Source: an uncultured bacterium (GTDB lineage Bacteria > Acidobacteriota > Thermoanaerobaculia > Multivoradales > JAHZIX01). From it: DNA of 64,000 nt. Every line of letters begins with the position of its first letter. The stretch's first letter is position 1. Below, piece by piece: positions 36,694 to 51,600 of the stretch. Location: contig CBDUPA010000005.1 in assembly GCA_965368975.1 (NCBI GenBank), positions 224,001 to 288,000 of the forward strand. Direction: 5' to 3'. The notes beneath the pieces are model-generated. The model was not told the origin of the DNA. It saw only the letters and a list, made by a program, of their open reading frames with translations, and ran no database searches. A program made the translations under genes and the position numbers.

Positions 36694-39600
36694 ATGGAGT
36701 TCGCGACCCTGCTCGACGTCCTGCGGGCGCGAGCTGATTCCTATTCGCAGCAGGAAGCATTTGTATTCCTCGCCGATGGTGAGGAGGTCGGTGAACGGCT
36801 CACCTTCGGGCAGCTGGACCGCGACGCGCGTGCACTCGGGCACCGGATGCGCGCACACGTCGGTGGTGGGCTGGCCGGGGAGCGTGTGCTCCTGGTGTAT
36901 CCACCGGGGCTGGATTTCATCCGCGCCTACATGGCTTGCTTCTACGCCGGGGCCGTCGCGGTGCCGGCGTATCCGCCGCGCTTCAACCGGCCGCAGCCGC
37001 GACTGCGCTCGATCCTGCGCGACGCGCGACCGAAGCTGGCACTGACGGTCGACAGTATCGCGCGCCGCGTCGACGCGCTGGCGCGTCACGTGCCGGAGGC
37101 TGCCGCGCTGGAGTGGTGGTCGACGGACGACGGCTGGCTGCAGGGCGCCGACGCGGACGCCGCCGCGCAGAGCTGGGTGCATCCCGATCTGGGGGCCGGT
37201 GATCTGGCGTTCCTGCAGTACACGTCGGGCTCGACGTCGCTGCCCAAGGGCGTCATGGTCAGCCATGGCAACCTGATCCACAATGAGACGCTGATCCGTA
37301 CCGCCTTCGGCCACGACGCTCTTGGTGAAGGGCCGGCCGGTGAGGGGACGGCGACGCGCGTGGTCAGCTGGCTGCCTCTGTACCACGATATGGGCCTGAT
37401 CGGCGGCATCCTGCAACCGCTGTTTCTTGGCACCACGTGCGTGCTGATGGCGCCGATGTCGTTCCTGCAGAAGCCGCTGCGCTGGCTGCAGGCGATCAGC
37501 GACTGGGGCTCGAAGCTGGATCTGGACACGACGTCCGGTGGTCCCAACTTCGCCTACGAGTTGGTGGCGCGACGCGCGACCGCGGAGGACCTGCAGGGAC
37601 TCGACCTGTCGCGTTGGCGCGTGGCGTTCAACGGCTCCGAGCCGGTGCGCGCGTCGACGCTGCGCCGTTTCGCCGAGGTCTTCGAGCCCTGTGGGTTCGA
37701 CCCCAAGGCCTTCTTCCCGTGCTACGGCCTGGCCGAGACGACGCTGTTCGTCACTGGCGGTGTGCCGGAGCGGGGGCCGGGTGGACAGGGTGCGGTGATC
37801 GAGAGTTTCGACGACGTCGAGCTGGGCAAGGATCGGGCGGTCGAACTGGCGGAGGCCGAAGGTGGACGGCCGCTGGTCGGCTCAGGGCGGACCTGGCTGG
37901 ATCTGGATGTCGCTATCGTCGAGCCGGACAGTCGGCGCCGAGCGGCACCGGGCACCGTGGGGGAGATCTGGGTTCACGGACCGAGTGTGGCGCAGGGGTA
38001 CTGGGCCAACCCGGAGCGGACGCGCAACGACTTCCACGCCACCATTGTGGGTGAGGACGCGACCCGGCACTATCTGCGCACCGGCGATCTGGGCTTCTTG
38101 CATGCCGCGAGCCACGGCCGTGCCGGTGCCCAGCTCTATGTTACGGGTCGTTTGAAGGACCTGATCATCCTGCGCGGGCGCAACTACTACCCGCAGGATA
38201 TCGAGCTCACCCTCGACGACGCACACCCGGCGATCCGTGCCGGCTGCGGTGCCGCCTTTGCGCTCGAGGTCGAGGGCGAGGAGCGGCTGGTGGTGGTGCA
38301 GGAGCTGGAGCGACGGCAGGAAGCCGACGCCGATGGCGCACTGGAAGCGGTGCGTCACGCGGTGTCTGAGGCGCACGAGCTGGCCGTCTACGAGGTGGTG
38401 CTGCTGCGCGCCGGCACGCTGCCCAAGACCACCAGCGGCAAGATTCAGCGCCACGCCGCCCGCCGTGGATACCTGGAGGAGTCCCTGCACATCATCGCCA
38501 GGAGTGGTGCCGCGGAGGCGAGTAACGCTGTCTCGCATGGCAGTGGCGATGTCCAGTGGGAGGCGCTGAGTCGCCAGGCTCTCGACGGTCTCGATCTCGA
38601 CGCCCAGCGTCAGCTACTGGAAACGTACCTCGTGCACGCGGCGGCGCGCGCCTGCGGCCTCAAGGCCGAGCAGGTGACGACGGATCTGCCTCTGCCGCGC
38701 CTGGGGCTCGACTCGTTGGCGGCGGTCGAGCTGCAGCACCGTGTCGAGGGTGATCTGGAGTTGGAACTCGAACTGGCGCCGCTGCTCGAAGGCGTGACGC
38801 TGGGCGAACTGGCGTTGCGCCTGGCCAAGCAGGCGGCGCGGCCAAGGACGGCGACCGCGGCCGCCGCCGAGGTCGAGATGGAAGTGCCGGCGGAGACGGC
38901 GTCGCAGGGGCAGCGTTCTCTGTGGTTTTTGCAGCGTTTGGCGCCCGAGAGCGGCGCCTACCACATCGCGGCGGCGGCACGCCTGGTGGCCAATCCCGCG
39001 GGTGCCGGCTTTGGTGGTGTCGACCTCGATACGGCCGCCTTGCGCTGCGCTCTGGCGGCTCTGGCGTTGCGCCACGGCGAACTGCGTGCCAGCTTCCCGG
39101 GTGTCGATGGCGAGCCGCGCCGACGCCGGCACGAGGACCTGGTGCCGGAGCTGCTAGAAGAACCGGTCGCCGCGGCCCAACTGGTCGATCTGGCGGCGCG
39201 CCTGGCCCTGCTGCAGGAGTGCGTCAGTCGCCCCTTCGACCTCGAGCGCGGTCCTTTGCTACGCCTCTTTGTTCTTCGGCCGCAGGCCGCGACGAACCAG
39301 GTCGAAGAGAGCCAGGCAGCGATCGCGCTGCTGGTCGTCCACCATCTGATCGCCGACTTCTGGTCGCTCGGTGTGCTGGCACGCGAGCTCGACATCTTGT
39401 ACCGGCACGCGCTGGAAACCCCGGAGCGTTCGGCGGCTGACCTCGCCGCTGTGCTGGCACCGCTGCCGGCGAGCTACGACGATCACGTGCGCTGGCAGGC
39501 GCAGTTGCTGGCGGGGGCCAAAGGCGAGGCGCAGCTGCGTTACTGGCGGCAGCAGCTCGACGGTCTGCCCGTCCTCGACTTGCCAACCGACCGTCCGCGG

Positions 39601-42600
39601 CCGGTGGTGCAGAGCTGGGCTGGCGACACGCGGCCCATGCGGCTCGGGTCGGCACTGTCCGAGCGCCTGCACAGTTTCTCGCGCGACCGCGGAACGACTC
39701 TCTTCGTCACTCTCTTGACCGCCTGGCAGTCGCTGCTCAGTCGCTTGTCGGGGCAGCACGACATCGTGGTCGGAGCCCCGACGGCTGGTCGCCGTCAAGC
39801 CGAGCTGGCGGGGGTTGTTGGCTACTTTGTCAATCCGGTGGCGCTGCGCGCCGACCTGCGGCCGCCACGCCAGACGAACGGCACGCCCAACGGGGCCCCT
39901 CCGGGCACTTTGTCCTTCGGTGAGCTGGTGCGCGAGGGCCACGTGCGTTTGCTCGAAGCCTTCGCCAACGCCGACTATCCGCTGGCCTTGCTCGCAGAAC
40001 ACCTGCAGCCGCAGCGCGACCCGGCCCGACCACCACTGTTCCAGGTCATGTTCGTGTTGCAGCGGGCGCAAAAGCCGGAGGAGCAACCGCTCGGTGCCTT
40101 CGCGCTCGGTCTGCCGGGCGGCCGGCTGCGCCTGGGCCCGTCGGAAGTCGAATCGCTGGCCTGGCGCGAGCCGTACACGCCCTTCGACCTGGTGTTGCGC
40201 AGCGCCGACCTGGTCGATCCCGAGGGGCACCGCCAGCTCGGCGTGTCGCTGCAGTTCAATCGCGACCTCTTCGATGGCACCACGATCGAGCGCTGGCTGC
40301 GCCTGTGGCGGCGTTTCCTGGTGGCTGCTGCTGCCGAGCCGTCGCGGCCAGTAGAGAGTCTGAACCTGCTGTCGCCCACCGAGCGTCACCAGCTGTTCAC
40401 CGAATGGACCGACACTGGCGCACCCTACCCACGGAACGCCAGCGTGCCGGCACGTCTGGCCGAGGTTGCCGCGGTGCGGCCCGAGACGGTAGCGGTGGTC
40501 GGTGGGCGTATGCACTTGAGCTACGGCGAGTTGGTGCGTCGTGCCAGTGGTCTGGCTGGCGAGTTGCAGCGACGCGGTGTGCGTCCCAGCAACCTGGTGG
40601 CGGTCTCCACCGAACGTACGGCCGACCGCGTCGTCGCTCTGGTGGCGATCCTGTGGAGTGGTGCCGCGTACCTGCCACTCGACGCCCGCCTACCCGCCGC
40701 GCGCCTGAACCTGCTGTTGCGCGACGCCCGCCCGGTGTTGTGCCTCGCCGACGCCCGCTCGCGCGCCGTCTGGCCCCGCGAGGAGATCACCGAGGATGTC
40801 GAAGCGGCGGACCTCGAAGCCCTCATCACCGGCAGCCAGGGTGCCGAGACCGCGGGTACGAGCCTGCAGCAGGCCGTCGGGGGTATCCGGGCCGACGCCG
40901 AGCAACTGGCCTATGTCCTTTACACCTCCGGTTCCACCGGCACCCCCAAGGGTGTCGCGGTAGCGCACCGGTCGATCTTGCGCCTGGTCACGGCGTCCCT
41001 GGGCGGCGACGCCAACTATATGGACTTCACGCCGCACGACACCTTCCTGCAGCTGTCGTCGCTGTCCTTCGACACCTCGACGTTCGAACTCTGGGGCTCC
41101 TTGCTCAGCGGCTCGCGCCTGGTCATGCTGCCTGGCCATGGTGCACCGGTGCTGACCGAGCTGCGCCGCGAATTGACGCAGCAGCAGGTCAGCGCCCTGT
41201 GGCTCACCGCGGGTCTGTTCCACCAAGTGATCGAGGAAGACGTCGCGATGCTCGCCCGCCTGCGTGTGCTGATGTCGGGTGGCGACGTGCTGTCACCGCC
41301 TCACCTGCGCCGCCTGCTGGCCGCCTTCCCTGGCCTGCGCATGGTCAACGGCTATGGCCCGACCGAAAATACGACGTACACCAGTTGCCACGTGATGACG
41401 GGGGGCCCCGAGGCCATTCCGCCGGGGTCGGTGCCGATCGGTCGCCCGGTGGCCGCGACCACGGCGGTGGTGGTCGATCACGCCGGCCGTCCGGTGCCCC
41501 TGGGCGTTGCTGGCGAGTTGTGGACCGGTGGCGACGGTGTGGCGGTCGGGTACTACGCGCGACCGGCCCAGACGGCTTCGGTGTTCGTGCCGGATCCCTT
41601 CGGCGCCTCGGTGGCAGTTCCCTCCCAGGGCACCCACAGCGGGGTGCCCCTACAGGCGGGATCTCTGGCGCCCGACGGCGGGGCCCGTCTCTACCGTACC
41701 GGTGACCTGGTGCGCTGGCGTGCCGACGGCGTGCTGCAGTTCTTCGGCCGCATCGACCGCCAGGTAAAGATTCGTGGTTTCCGCATCGAGCCGGGCGAGA
41801 TCGAAGCGGCGCTGAGCCAGCATCCGGCGGTGCGCGAGGCGGCGGTGGTGGTGCTGCGACCCTCTGGCGGCGCCATTCTTGTTGGTTGCCTCGTGTTGGA
41901 AGACTCGGAACTGGAGAATGGCCAGCAGCTCGCGGACGGTGATCTGCGCGAGCACCTGGGAGGGCGCCTGCCCGAGTACATGGTGCCGTCGCGCTTCGCT
42001 TACTTCGATGTTCTGCCGCTCAACACCAGTGGCAAGGTGGATCGCAACGAGCTGGCCCGCCGTCTGCCCGCGCTGCTCGCCGAGCAGGCCCCGGCAGAGG
42101 GGGATGCACCGCGCACCCCGACCGAGAAGCTGATCGCCGAGCTGATGGCGGAGTTGCTGGAGCACGGCACCGGCGGGGCCACGCTGGGCCGTGACGTCGA
42201 CTTCTTCGCCCTCGGCGGTCACTCGCTGATGGCCACGCGCCTGATTTCCCGCCTGCACGCCGCGCTCGGCGTCGAGATTCCGCTGCGCCTGCTGTTCGAG
42301 GCTCCGACGCCGGCTCGTCTCGGCACTGCCGTCGACGCGCAGGTGAAAGCGCAGGGCGGTAGCGTCCTGCCAGCGCTCGAACCGGTGGCGCGACCCGAGC
42401 GGCCCGCGCTGTCGCCGGCCCAACATCGCCTGTGGCTGCTCGACCGTCTGCACCCGGGCAGTCCCGCCTACAACATTCCCGGGCGCCTGCACCTACGCGC
42501 CGAGTCGACCGTGGCCGGGCGGAGCTCTGGCGGGCTGGATGTCGAGAAGCTGGAAGCGGCTCTGCGTCAGATCGTCGAACGCCACGAGGTCCTGCGTACC

Positions 42601-45600
42601 GTGTACCCGACGGGTGACGACGGCGAACCCTGGCAGCAGATCCAGCCGCGCGTCGAGACCGCGCTGCCGGTGCTCGACCTGAGCCACCTCGCTGCGGCTG
42701 ATCAGCAGCGCGAAGCCGGACGGCTGGCGCGACAGGAGGCGCTACGGGCCTTTGATTTGGTCGCGGGACCGGTGGTGCGGTGGCTGTTGGTGCGGCAAGA
42801 CGCGGTGGGGCAGGATCTCCTGCTGACGCTCCACCACATCGCGGGTGACGGCTGGTCGCTGGGCGTGCTCGTACGCGAGCTGGAAGCGCTCTATCGGGGC
42901 GACGACCTGCCGCCGCTGCCGGTGCAATACGTCGACTTTGCCGCCTGGCAGCTGGATTGGCTGCAAACCGGCGCAGCGGTGGCGCGCGACCTGGCCTGGT
43001 GGCGCGACGAGCTGGCTGGTGTCGAGGCGCTGCCGCTGCCCACGGATCATCCACGACCGGCGACGCCGAGCTATCGTGGCGGCGCCGTGCCGATCGCGCT
43101 GGATAGCGAGCGGGGAGGGGCTGCTAGTGCTCGCCTCGACGCCTTCGCGCGGGAGCGCGGCGTGACTGCCTTCATGGTGCTCAGTGCCGTCCTGCAAGTC
43201 TTGCTCGGCCGGCTGGCCAACCAGGCGGACGTGCCGCTGGGGACGCCGGTGGCGGGTCGTGCGCATCCGCGGACCGAGAGCCTGATTGGTTTCTTCGTCA
43301 ACACCCTGGTGCTGCGCGCCGACCTGGGCGGGGATCCGACCTTCGGCTCGTTGCTGGAGCAGGTGCGACGGTCGACGCTGGATGCGCTGGCGCACCAGGC
43401 GGTGCCCTTCGAGCAGCTGGTCAATGAACTGACGGGTACGGCAGCGTCGCGGCGCGATCTGGCACAGACACCTCTCTTCCAGGTCATGCTGGCGCTCAAC
43501 AACGCGCCGTTCCGCGCGCCTGTGCTGCCGGGCCTGGACGTCGAGGCGAGTGCCGTCGAGGCAGCAACGCAGAAGTTCGACCTGACGCTGTCGCTGGCCG
43601 AGACGCCCGGGGGTGGGCTGCGCGGCGCTCTGGGCTATGCCAGTGACCTCTTCGAGCGCACCACTGCCGAGCGCTGGGCCGCTCATTTCCAGCGTCTGCT
43701 GGCGGCCGCCCTGGCGCATCCGGAAACCCGTCTTTCCGAGCTGCTGATGCTGAGCGACAGCGAGCGCCGCGAGATCCTGAGCTGGTCCGCCGAGGCGTCG
43801 ACCGCGGACGTACCGGCCGAAGACGTACCCGCCGCCGAGAACGCGACCGTGCCGGCGTGGATTGCCGCCCAGGCCGTGCTGACGTCGGAGGCTCCGGCCG
43901 TGCGCTTGGTGGGTGGGGACGCGGTGCTGAGCTACGCCGAGCTGGACGCGCGCGCCGCGGCGCTGGGGGCTCGTTTGCGCGCCTTGGGTGCCGGTCCTGA
44001 GAGCGTCATCGCGGTGCTGGCCGAACGGGTGCCGGCGGCCCTGGTGGCGTTCCTGGGGGTGTGGAAGGCCGGTGCCGCGTTTCTGCCGCTCGATCCGGCG
44101 GACCCCCACGAGCGGTTGCGCTTCGTGCTGCACGACGCCGCGCCGCTGGCGCTGGTGGCGGCGGGGGATGTCGCCGAGATCCTGGCGGCCCTGGAGAGTG
44201 AGGTGCCCGTCGTCGAGATCGAATCCGAGGTCGGGGCTCCCCACGGTGGAGGCTCTCCGGACGCCTCCGCCCAGGACGGTTCCTCTGCGCTGATCGAACG
44301 GGATCACCTGGCCTACGTCCTCTACACCTCGGGTTCGACCGGTCGACCCAAGGGAGCGGGCATCCACCACGGTGCCCTGGCCGACTACATGGCGTGGGCG
44401 AAACGCGAGCTGCTGGAGGGTGTTACGGCGATTCCGGCGACCACGCGCTTCAGCTTCGACGCGGCGTGGAAGCAGCTCTTCGGGCCGCTGCTCGGCGGTG
44501 GCTGTGTGCGTCTATGGCCGTCCGAGCTGGTGCAGGACCCGCCGCGCGCGCTCCAGGCGCTGGCGAACGGCACCGACACCGTGGCTTTCAATGGCGTTCC
44601 GTCGTTGTGGCGAGCGCTCCTGCTGGCCGCCGAAGCCGGCGACGGTCCGGTGCCGACACACCTGCGGCGTCTGCTGTTGGGTGGCGCAGCGTTGCCGATC
44701 GAGTTGGTGCGCCGCACCCACGCTTTGCTGCCCGGAGTCGACATCGTCAACCTCTACGGGCCGACCGAGACGACGGCGAATGCGTCGGCGTCGAGAGTGA
44801 CGGCCGATGCTCGCTCGGTGACCCTCGGTCGCCCCGCCGCGCGCCTGCGTCTCCACGTACTGCGCCTCGCCGGTGCGGCCGTGCCGCTGGCCGAGCCGCT
44901 GCCGGAGGGTGTGCCAGGTGAGCTGTGCATCGGTGGCTCAGGCGTTGCCCGAGGCTATCTGGGTCGCCCTGGCCTGACGGCCGCGCGCTTTGTGCCGGAC
45001 CCGTTTGTGGGCACTGGATCCCGGCTCTACCGTACCGGTGATCTGGTCCGCTGGCGCTGCCGCTCCGAAGACCAACACGCCAGTGGAGGCCCCGCCGAAC
45101 CGGAGTTCCTTGGCCGTCTCGACCACCAGGTCAAGATCCGCGGACTGCGCCTGGAGTTGGGCGAGATCGAAGCCCAGCTGCAATCGCACCCGGCGGTGCG
45201 TGCGGTGGTGGCACTGGTGGCCCGACGCGAAGAGGGCAGTTCGGACCAGTTGGTCGCCTTCGTCGAGGCGCCGGAGCTGGCGGCACGACCGCCGCAGCAG
45301 ATCGACGCCGAGGCCGCTGTACTGCGCGACTTCCTGCGCGGCCGTGTACCGGAAGCGGCGGTCCCGTCGGCGCTGTGGATTGTCGATGCCCTGCCGCGTC
45401 TGGCGGGAGGTGCCGGTGGCAAGGTCGACCGCCGAACGCTGGCGGCCGAGGCGCCGTCGCGCCTGGCTGAGACGACGGCGGCGATCCAGACGCACGAACT
45501 GAGCCCGGCTGAGCAGATCCTGGCCGGAATCTTCGCCGAGGTGTTGGGCGTACCCGTCGAGAGTGTTGGAGCTCGGGACGATTTCTTCGAGCTCGGCGGC

Positions 45601-48600
45601 CACTCGCTGCTCGCCACGCAGGTGACCTCGCGCATCCAGAAGGCGTTCGGTGTCGACGTGCCGCTGCGCCGCCTGTTCGAGGCGCCGCGCCTGAGCGAGC
45701 TGGCGACGGCGGTGGAAGCCGAGTTGCGCGAAGGCCGTCCGGCTCCGCCGCCGCTGGTGCGCGTTTCGCGCGCTGGGCGTCTACCGCTGTCCTTCGCCCA
45801 GCAACGTCTATGGTTGCTCGATCACCTGAATCCCGGTTCGCCGGCCTACAACATCCCGATCGCGGTGGCGCTCGAGGGGGATCTCGACGTCGAGGCCCTG
45901 GAGGCTGCGCTGGTCGCCCTGGTGGTCCGGCACGAAGTGCTGCGCACGCGCTTCCCGGTGGTCGTCCGTGAGAACGGGACGGAGCAGCCGTACCAGGAGA
46001 TCTGTGAGCCGGCCTTTGAGTTGGAGGTCGTCGAAGCCAGAGCCCAGGACGTCGCGGACATCGTGCGCGAAGAGGGTCGCCGGCCGTTCCACCTGGCGAT
46101 GGGGCCTCTGTTGCGGGGGATGTTGGTGCGGGAGAGCAAGACGTCCGGGAGCGCCGTCCTCCTTCTCACCCTGCACCACACCGTCGCCGACGGCTGGTCG
46201 ACCGGTATCTTGCTACGCGAGCTGCAGGCCCTCTATGCGGATGCCTCCTCGGAAGCACTCTCTGAAGGGCGCGCCAAGCTGCCACCGCTGCCGGTGCAGT
46301 ACGCGGACTTCGCAACCTGGCAACGCGGCTGGCTACAGGCCCAGGATCTGGAAGAACGCAGTGTCCTGGACGTCCAGATCGACTTCTGGCGCCGTCAGCT
46401 GGGGGATGCGCCGGCCCTCGACCTACCGACCGACCGACCACGGCCGGCGGTGCGGGCCCTCGCGGGGGCGACGCTGCCGGTGCACTTGCCGGCGACGCTG
46501 GTGCGGGGGCTGGAGGCGCTGGCAAGGCACCAGGGAGCGACTCTCTTCATGGTGCTGCTGGCGGGCTTCCAGGCCCTGCTCAGTCGCTGGGTCGGCCTGA
46601 TGCGCGACGCCGACGCGCCGGTCAACGTCGGTTCGCCGGTGGCCGGTCGGCGGGTGGCGGAGACGGAGGGGCTGATCGGCCTCTTCGTCAACACGCTGGT
46701 GCTGTCGGGCGACCTCGCCGATGGTCCGGACTTCGTCGAGCTGCTGGCGCGCACCCGGCGTGTGACGCTGGATGCCTATGCGCATCAGGATGTGCCGTTC
46801 GAGAAGCTGGTCGAGGCGCTGGTGCCGCGGCGCGACACGGCTGTCACGCCGCTCTTCCAGGTGCTGCTGGCGCTGCAGAACGCGCCGATGCCGGCACTCG
46901 AATTGACGCGGGAAGGCGAGCACGGTGCGCAAACCGTGACGCTACGGCCCCTCGATCCGGACACCGCGACGTCCAAGTTCGATCTCAGCCTGCTGCTGCG
47001 GCCGGAGCGTTCTGGAAATGCAGACGCGGCCAAGCGTGGACTGAGCGGTGGCCTGGAGTACGACACGGCGCTGTTCGATGCCACCACCATGCTGCGTCTG
47101 TGGCACGCCTTCGAGCGCCTGCTGCACGGCATTGTCGCATCGCCGCAATCGGCGGTGGCGACGCTTTCGCTGTTCGGCCGCGCCGAGCGCCACCACCTAC
47201 TCTACGAGTGGCCGCCGGGTGCCGCGCTGCCTGAGCGTCTGGACGGTCCGCCCTCGACCCTGCACGAGCTGGTGCTGGCGCAGATCCAGCGCACGCCGGA
47301 CGATACCGCGATCCTGACCGCGCAGCGGCCGGAGAGCGGTGGTACGCAGACGGACAAGGCGAAGAGCCCGCTGATCCGCTGGAGCTACCGTCGCCTGGAC
47401 GCTGAGTCGGCTCGCGTCGCGGCGCACGTGCGGCGTCTCGGTGTCGGGCCAGAAGTGACCGTCGGTGTCAGCATGCGGCGCACTCCGGCGCTAGTGGCGT
47501 CGATCCTCGGCATCCTGCGTGCCGGCGGCGCCTACGTGCCGCTCGATCCGGCCTATCCGCCGGAGCGCCGCGCCTTCATGCTCGAAGACGCACAGATCTC
47601 GATGCTGCTCACCGAGCGTGACCTGCAACCGCCGGCCGACCTGGCGTGTCCGCTGATCTTGATCGAGGACATCCTGACGCCGTGGCAGGCGCCGGAGGTG
47701 GAAGCGGGGACGCCGGAGGCGGACACCCACCCACCCACCCAGGGCACCCACATGGGGGTGCCCCTACCCAGATCCGGTTCCGACTCCCGTGTAGGGGCGG
47801 CTCCCGAATCCCAGCTGGCGCACATCTTCTGCACCGACGTCTGTCCCGACAACCTGGCGTACTCGATCTACACTTCCGGTTCCACCGGACGTCCCAAGGG
47901 CATCGCGATCTGCCACCGTACGGCGGTCAACATGCTGCGCTGGTCGTACACGGTGTGGTCGAAGGAAGAGCTGGGCGCCATGTTCGCCGGCACCTCGATC
48001 AATTTCGACATCTCGGTGTTCGAGACCTTCGCGCCGCTGACCACCGGCGGCATCATGACCATCGGCGACGATGCGCTCGACCTGGCCGGTCACCCGGCGG
48101 CTGATCGCATCAAGCTGGTCAACACAGTGCCCTCGGCGGTCGCCGAGCTGGTGCGCCTGCAAGCGATCCCGCCGTCGGCGACGACGGTCAACCTGGCCGG
48201 TGAGGCGGTGCCGAGAAAGCTGCTGCGGCAACTGGAGAAGCTGCCCAACACGCCGCGTGCAGTCAACCTCTACGGCCCGTCGGAAGACACCACCTACTCG
48301 ACCTGGGCGATCATCTCGGACGTGCGGCACGGCGTGGTCAACCGCGAAGACGACACCTCGGCGGTGTCGGTAGGACGCCTGATCTCGGGCAGCTACGGCT
48401 ACCTGGTCGACCGCCGCGGACAGCTGGTGCCGTTGGGAGTGCCCGGCGAGCTGTACATCGGTGGTGGCGGTGTCACGCGGGGCTACCTGCAGCGTCCGGC
48501 CCTGACCGCCGATCGCTACATGCCCGACTGGGTGACGCCGGCCAGTGCTGCCAGTGCCACGACGACGGCACAGGGCGGTGCCCGCCTGTACCGGACGGGT

Positions 48601-51600
48601 GACCTGATCCGCTGGCGCACCGACGCCGAACTCGAGTTCCTCGGCCGGATCGACCACCAGGTCAAGATCCGTGGCTTCCGCATCGAGCTGGGCGAGATCG
48701 AGTCGCAGCTCGACTTGCACCCGGGCGTCTCCGAGTGCGTGGTGGTGGTGCGCGAGACCTCGTCCGGGGACCGTCGCTTGGTGGCCTACGTGGCGCGTCA
48801 GCTGGTGGTCGAGGCGAGCGTCAGCGATGGCTCGCAGACCGGCATCTTCCAAGGACTGCCCGACGCCGACGAACTGCGCCGGTACCTGCGCGCGCGGCTG
48901 CCCGAGGCGATGGTGCCGTCCCTGTTCCAGTTCCTCAGTGCGCTGCCGCGCAACCCCAATGGCAAGGTTGACCGGCGCTCGCTGCCGGCACCCGAGTGGA
49001 ACCTGGCGGCGGTGCACACCGATGGTGAATACGTGGCGCCGCGCACGCCGATGGAAGAATTGCTGGCGTCGATCTGGGCCGAGACGCTGGGGCTCGACCG
49101 GGTCGGCGTCGAGGATGACTTCTTCGCCCTCGGCGGCCATTCCCTGCTGGCTACGCAGGTGATGTCGCGCGTGCGTCACTCCTGCCGCGTCGACCTGCCG
49201 TTGGCGCGTTTGTTCGAGGCGCCGACGGTAGCGCGCCTGGCGCGCGAAGTGGACGCCGAGCGCAGTGTCGGCCAGCTGTCCGCGGTGAGCATCGAGCCGG
49301 TACCGCACGAGGGACTGCTGCCGCTGTCTTTCGCTCAGGAGCGGTTGTGGTTCCTCGACCAACTGCAGCCGGGCGACTCGGTCTACAACATGCCGTTGGC
49401 AGTGCATCTGGAGGGCGACCTGGCCGTGCGTTCACTCAGCTGCACGCTGGGCGAGATCGTGCGGCGCCACGAGGTGCTGCGCACGTCCTTCACCGAGCAC
49501 GACAGCACTCCTATGCAGGAGGTGCAGCCGCTGCAGCCCTGGCAGCTGCCGATGATCGACCTGCACGCTCTCGGCGAGGTTCCCGCGCTGGTGCGCTCGC
49601 TGGCGTACACGGAGGCACGCCGTCCGTTCGACCTGACGCGGGTTCCGATGCTGCGCGGCGTGCTGGTGCGCACGGCCAGCGATCACGTGCTGCTGCTCAA
49701 CATGCATCACATCGCCTCCGATGGTTGGTCGATGGGCGTGCTGCTGCGCGAAGTTGCCGCGCTCTACGGCGCCTACCGGGAGGAGCGGTCGTCGCCGCTG
49801 CCGGAACTCGGCCTGCAGTACGCCGACTTCGCCGTCTGGCAGCGCAAGCACCTGCCGGGGGAAGTGTTCGACGCGCAGCTGGCCTACTGGAAGAAGCAGC
49901 TCGCTGGCCTGCGTGAGGTGCCAGACCTGCCCTACGACCGCCAGCGCCAGGCGCTGCAGAGCAGTAACGGTGCCGCTTGCTCCTTCGACCTGGACGCCGC
50001 CTTCGTCGCGGAGCTGCGCCGCCTGTCGCGGGAGCAGGGCGCGACGCTGTTCATGCTCCTGGCCACTGCCTTCCAGGTGCTGCTCTACCGCATCACCCAG
50101 AGCGCGGACGTTGCCTTCGGCATGCCGATCGCTGGTCGCAACCGGCGCCAGCTCGAAGAGTTGATCGGCTTCTTCGTCAACACCTTGGTTCTGCGCACCG
50201 ACCTCAGCGGTGCGCCCAGCTTCAACGACGCTCTGCACCGCGTGCGTCAGGTGGCGCTGGACGCCTACGCCCACCAGGATCTGCCGTTCGAGCGCTTGGT
50301 CGACAACCTCAAGCCGTCACGGGATCTCAGCCACCAGCCGCTGTTCCAGGTCATGTTCGCCTACCAGAACGCGCCCATGGGCGTGCTGGAGTTGCCCGAC
50401 CTGCGGCTGTCGACCTTGGAGATCGAATCGCAGATCGCCAAGTTCGATCTCAGCCTGGGGATCGAAGAGCGCGGCGAACGGCTGACCGCGGTGCTCAGCT
50501 ACAACACCGATCTGTTCGATGGTGTCACCGCCCGCCGCCTGGTGCGCGGTCTGCGCCGCCTGCTCGAGTCGGCGGTCGTCGAGCCGACGCGGGCGGTCAC
50601 CGCACTCGACCTTGTGGACAAGGCCGAGCGGCACCAGATGGTGCTGGAGTGGAACGATACCCACACCGACTATCCGCGCCAGACGCCGATCCACCATCTG
50701 GTGGAGGTCGGTGCTACCAACCAGCCGCACAACATTGCCCTGGTGCTGGACGATGGCGTGACCGGCACCGAGTGGTTGAGTTACGGTGAGCTCGATCGCC
50801 GGGCCAATCGACTGGCGCGCTGGCTGCGGAGCGTCGGCGTCGGGCCGGACGTGCGCGTCGGCGTGCTGATGGAGCGCTGCCTGGAGCTGGTGATCGGCCT
50901 GCTGGCGATCCACAAGGCTGGCGGTTGCTATGTACCGATGGGGCCCGACTATCCGCCCGAGCGCCTCAGCTTCATGCGCGACGACTCGCGCATCTCGGTG
51001 CTGTTCACCCACGAGGTGCTGCGCGACAAAGTGCCGCCGGGTACCGACATGCCGGTCTTCTATATCGACTCGGACTGGCACCGCATCGAGTCGCTCGACG
51101 ACTCGCTGGTCCGTCACTGGTGCCACGCCGACAACCTCGCCTACATCATCTATACCTCGGGCTCGACCGGTCGGCCCAAGGGCGTGATGGTCAACCACCG
51201 GTCGGTCGTGCGCTTGCTGCGCAAGACCAACTACCTCAACTACCACGCCAATCACATCTACATGTTCTCAGGTCCGGCGGCCTTTGACGTTTCGACGGTC
51301 GAGATCTGGGGACCGCTGGTGCACTGCGCGACGCTGGTGGTATTGGCTGGCCAGCAGGTGACGGTCGACTTCCTGGCCACTGCCATCCTGCGCCACGAGA
51401 TCAACACCGCCTGGCTGGTCACTGGCCTCTACCACGCGATGGTCGACGAGAAGCTCGACGTGCTGGCAAATCTACGCTGCATCGAGACCGGCGGCGACGT
51501 GGTACGGCCCGGTAAGTCGCGCCAGCTGCTGCAGCGTGCCGACGAGGCCTTCGAGCACAAGTTGACGCTGATCAACTCCTACGGTCCCACCGAGGGCACC

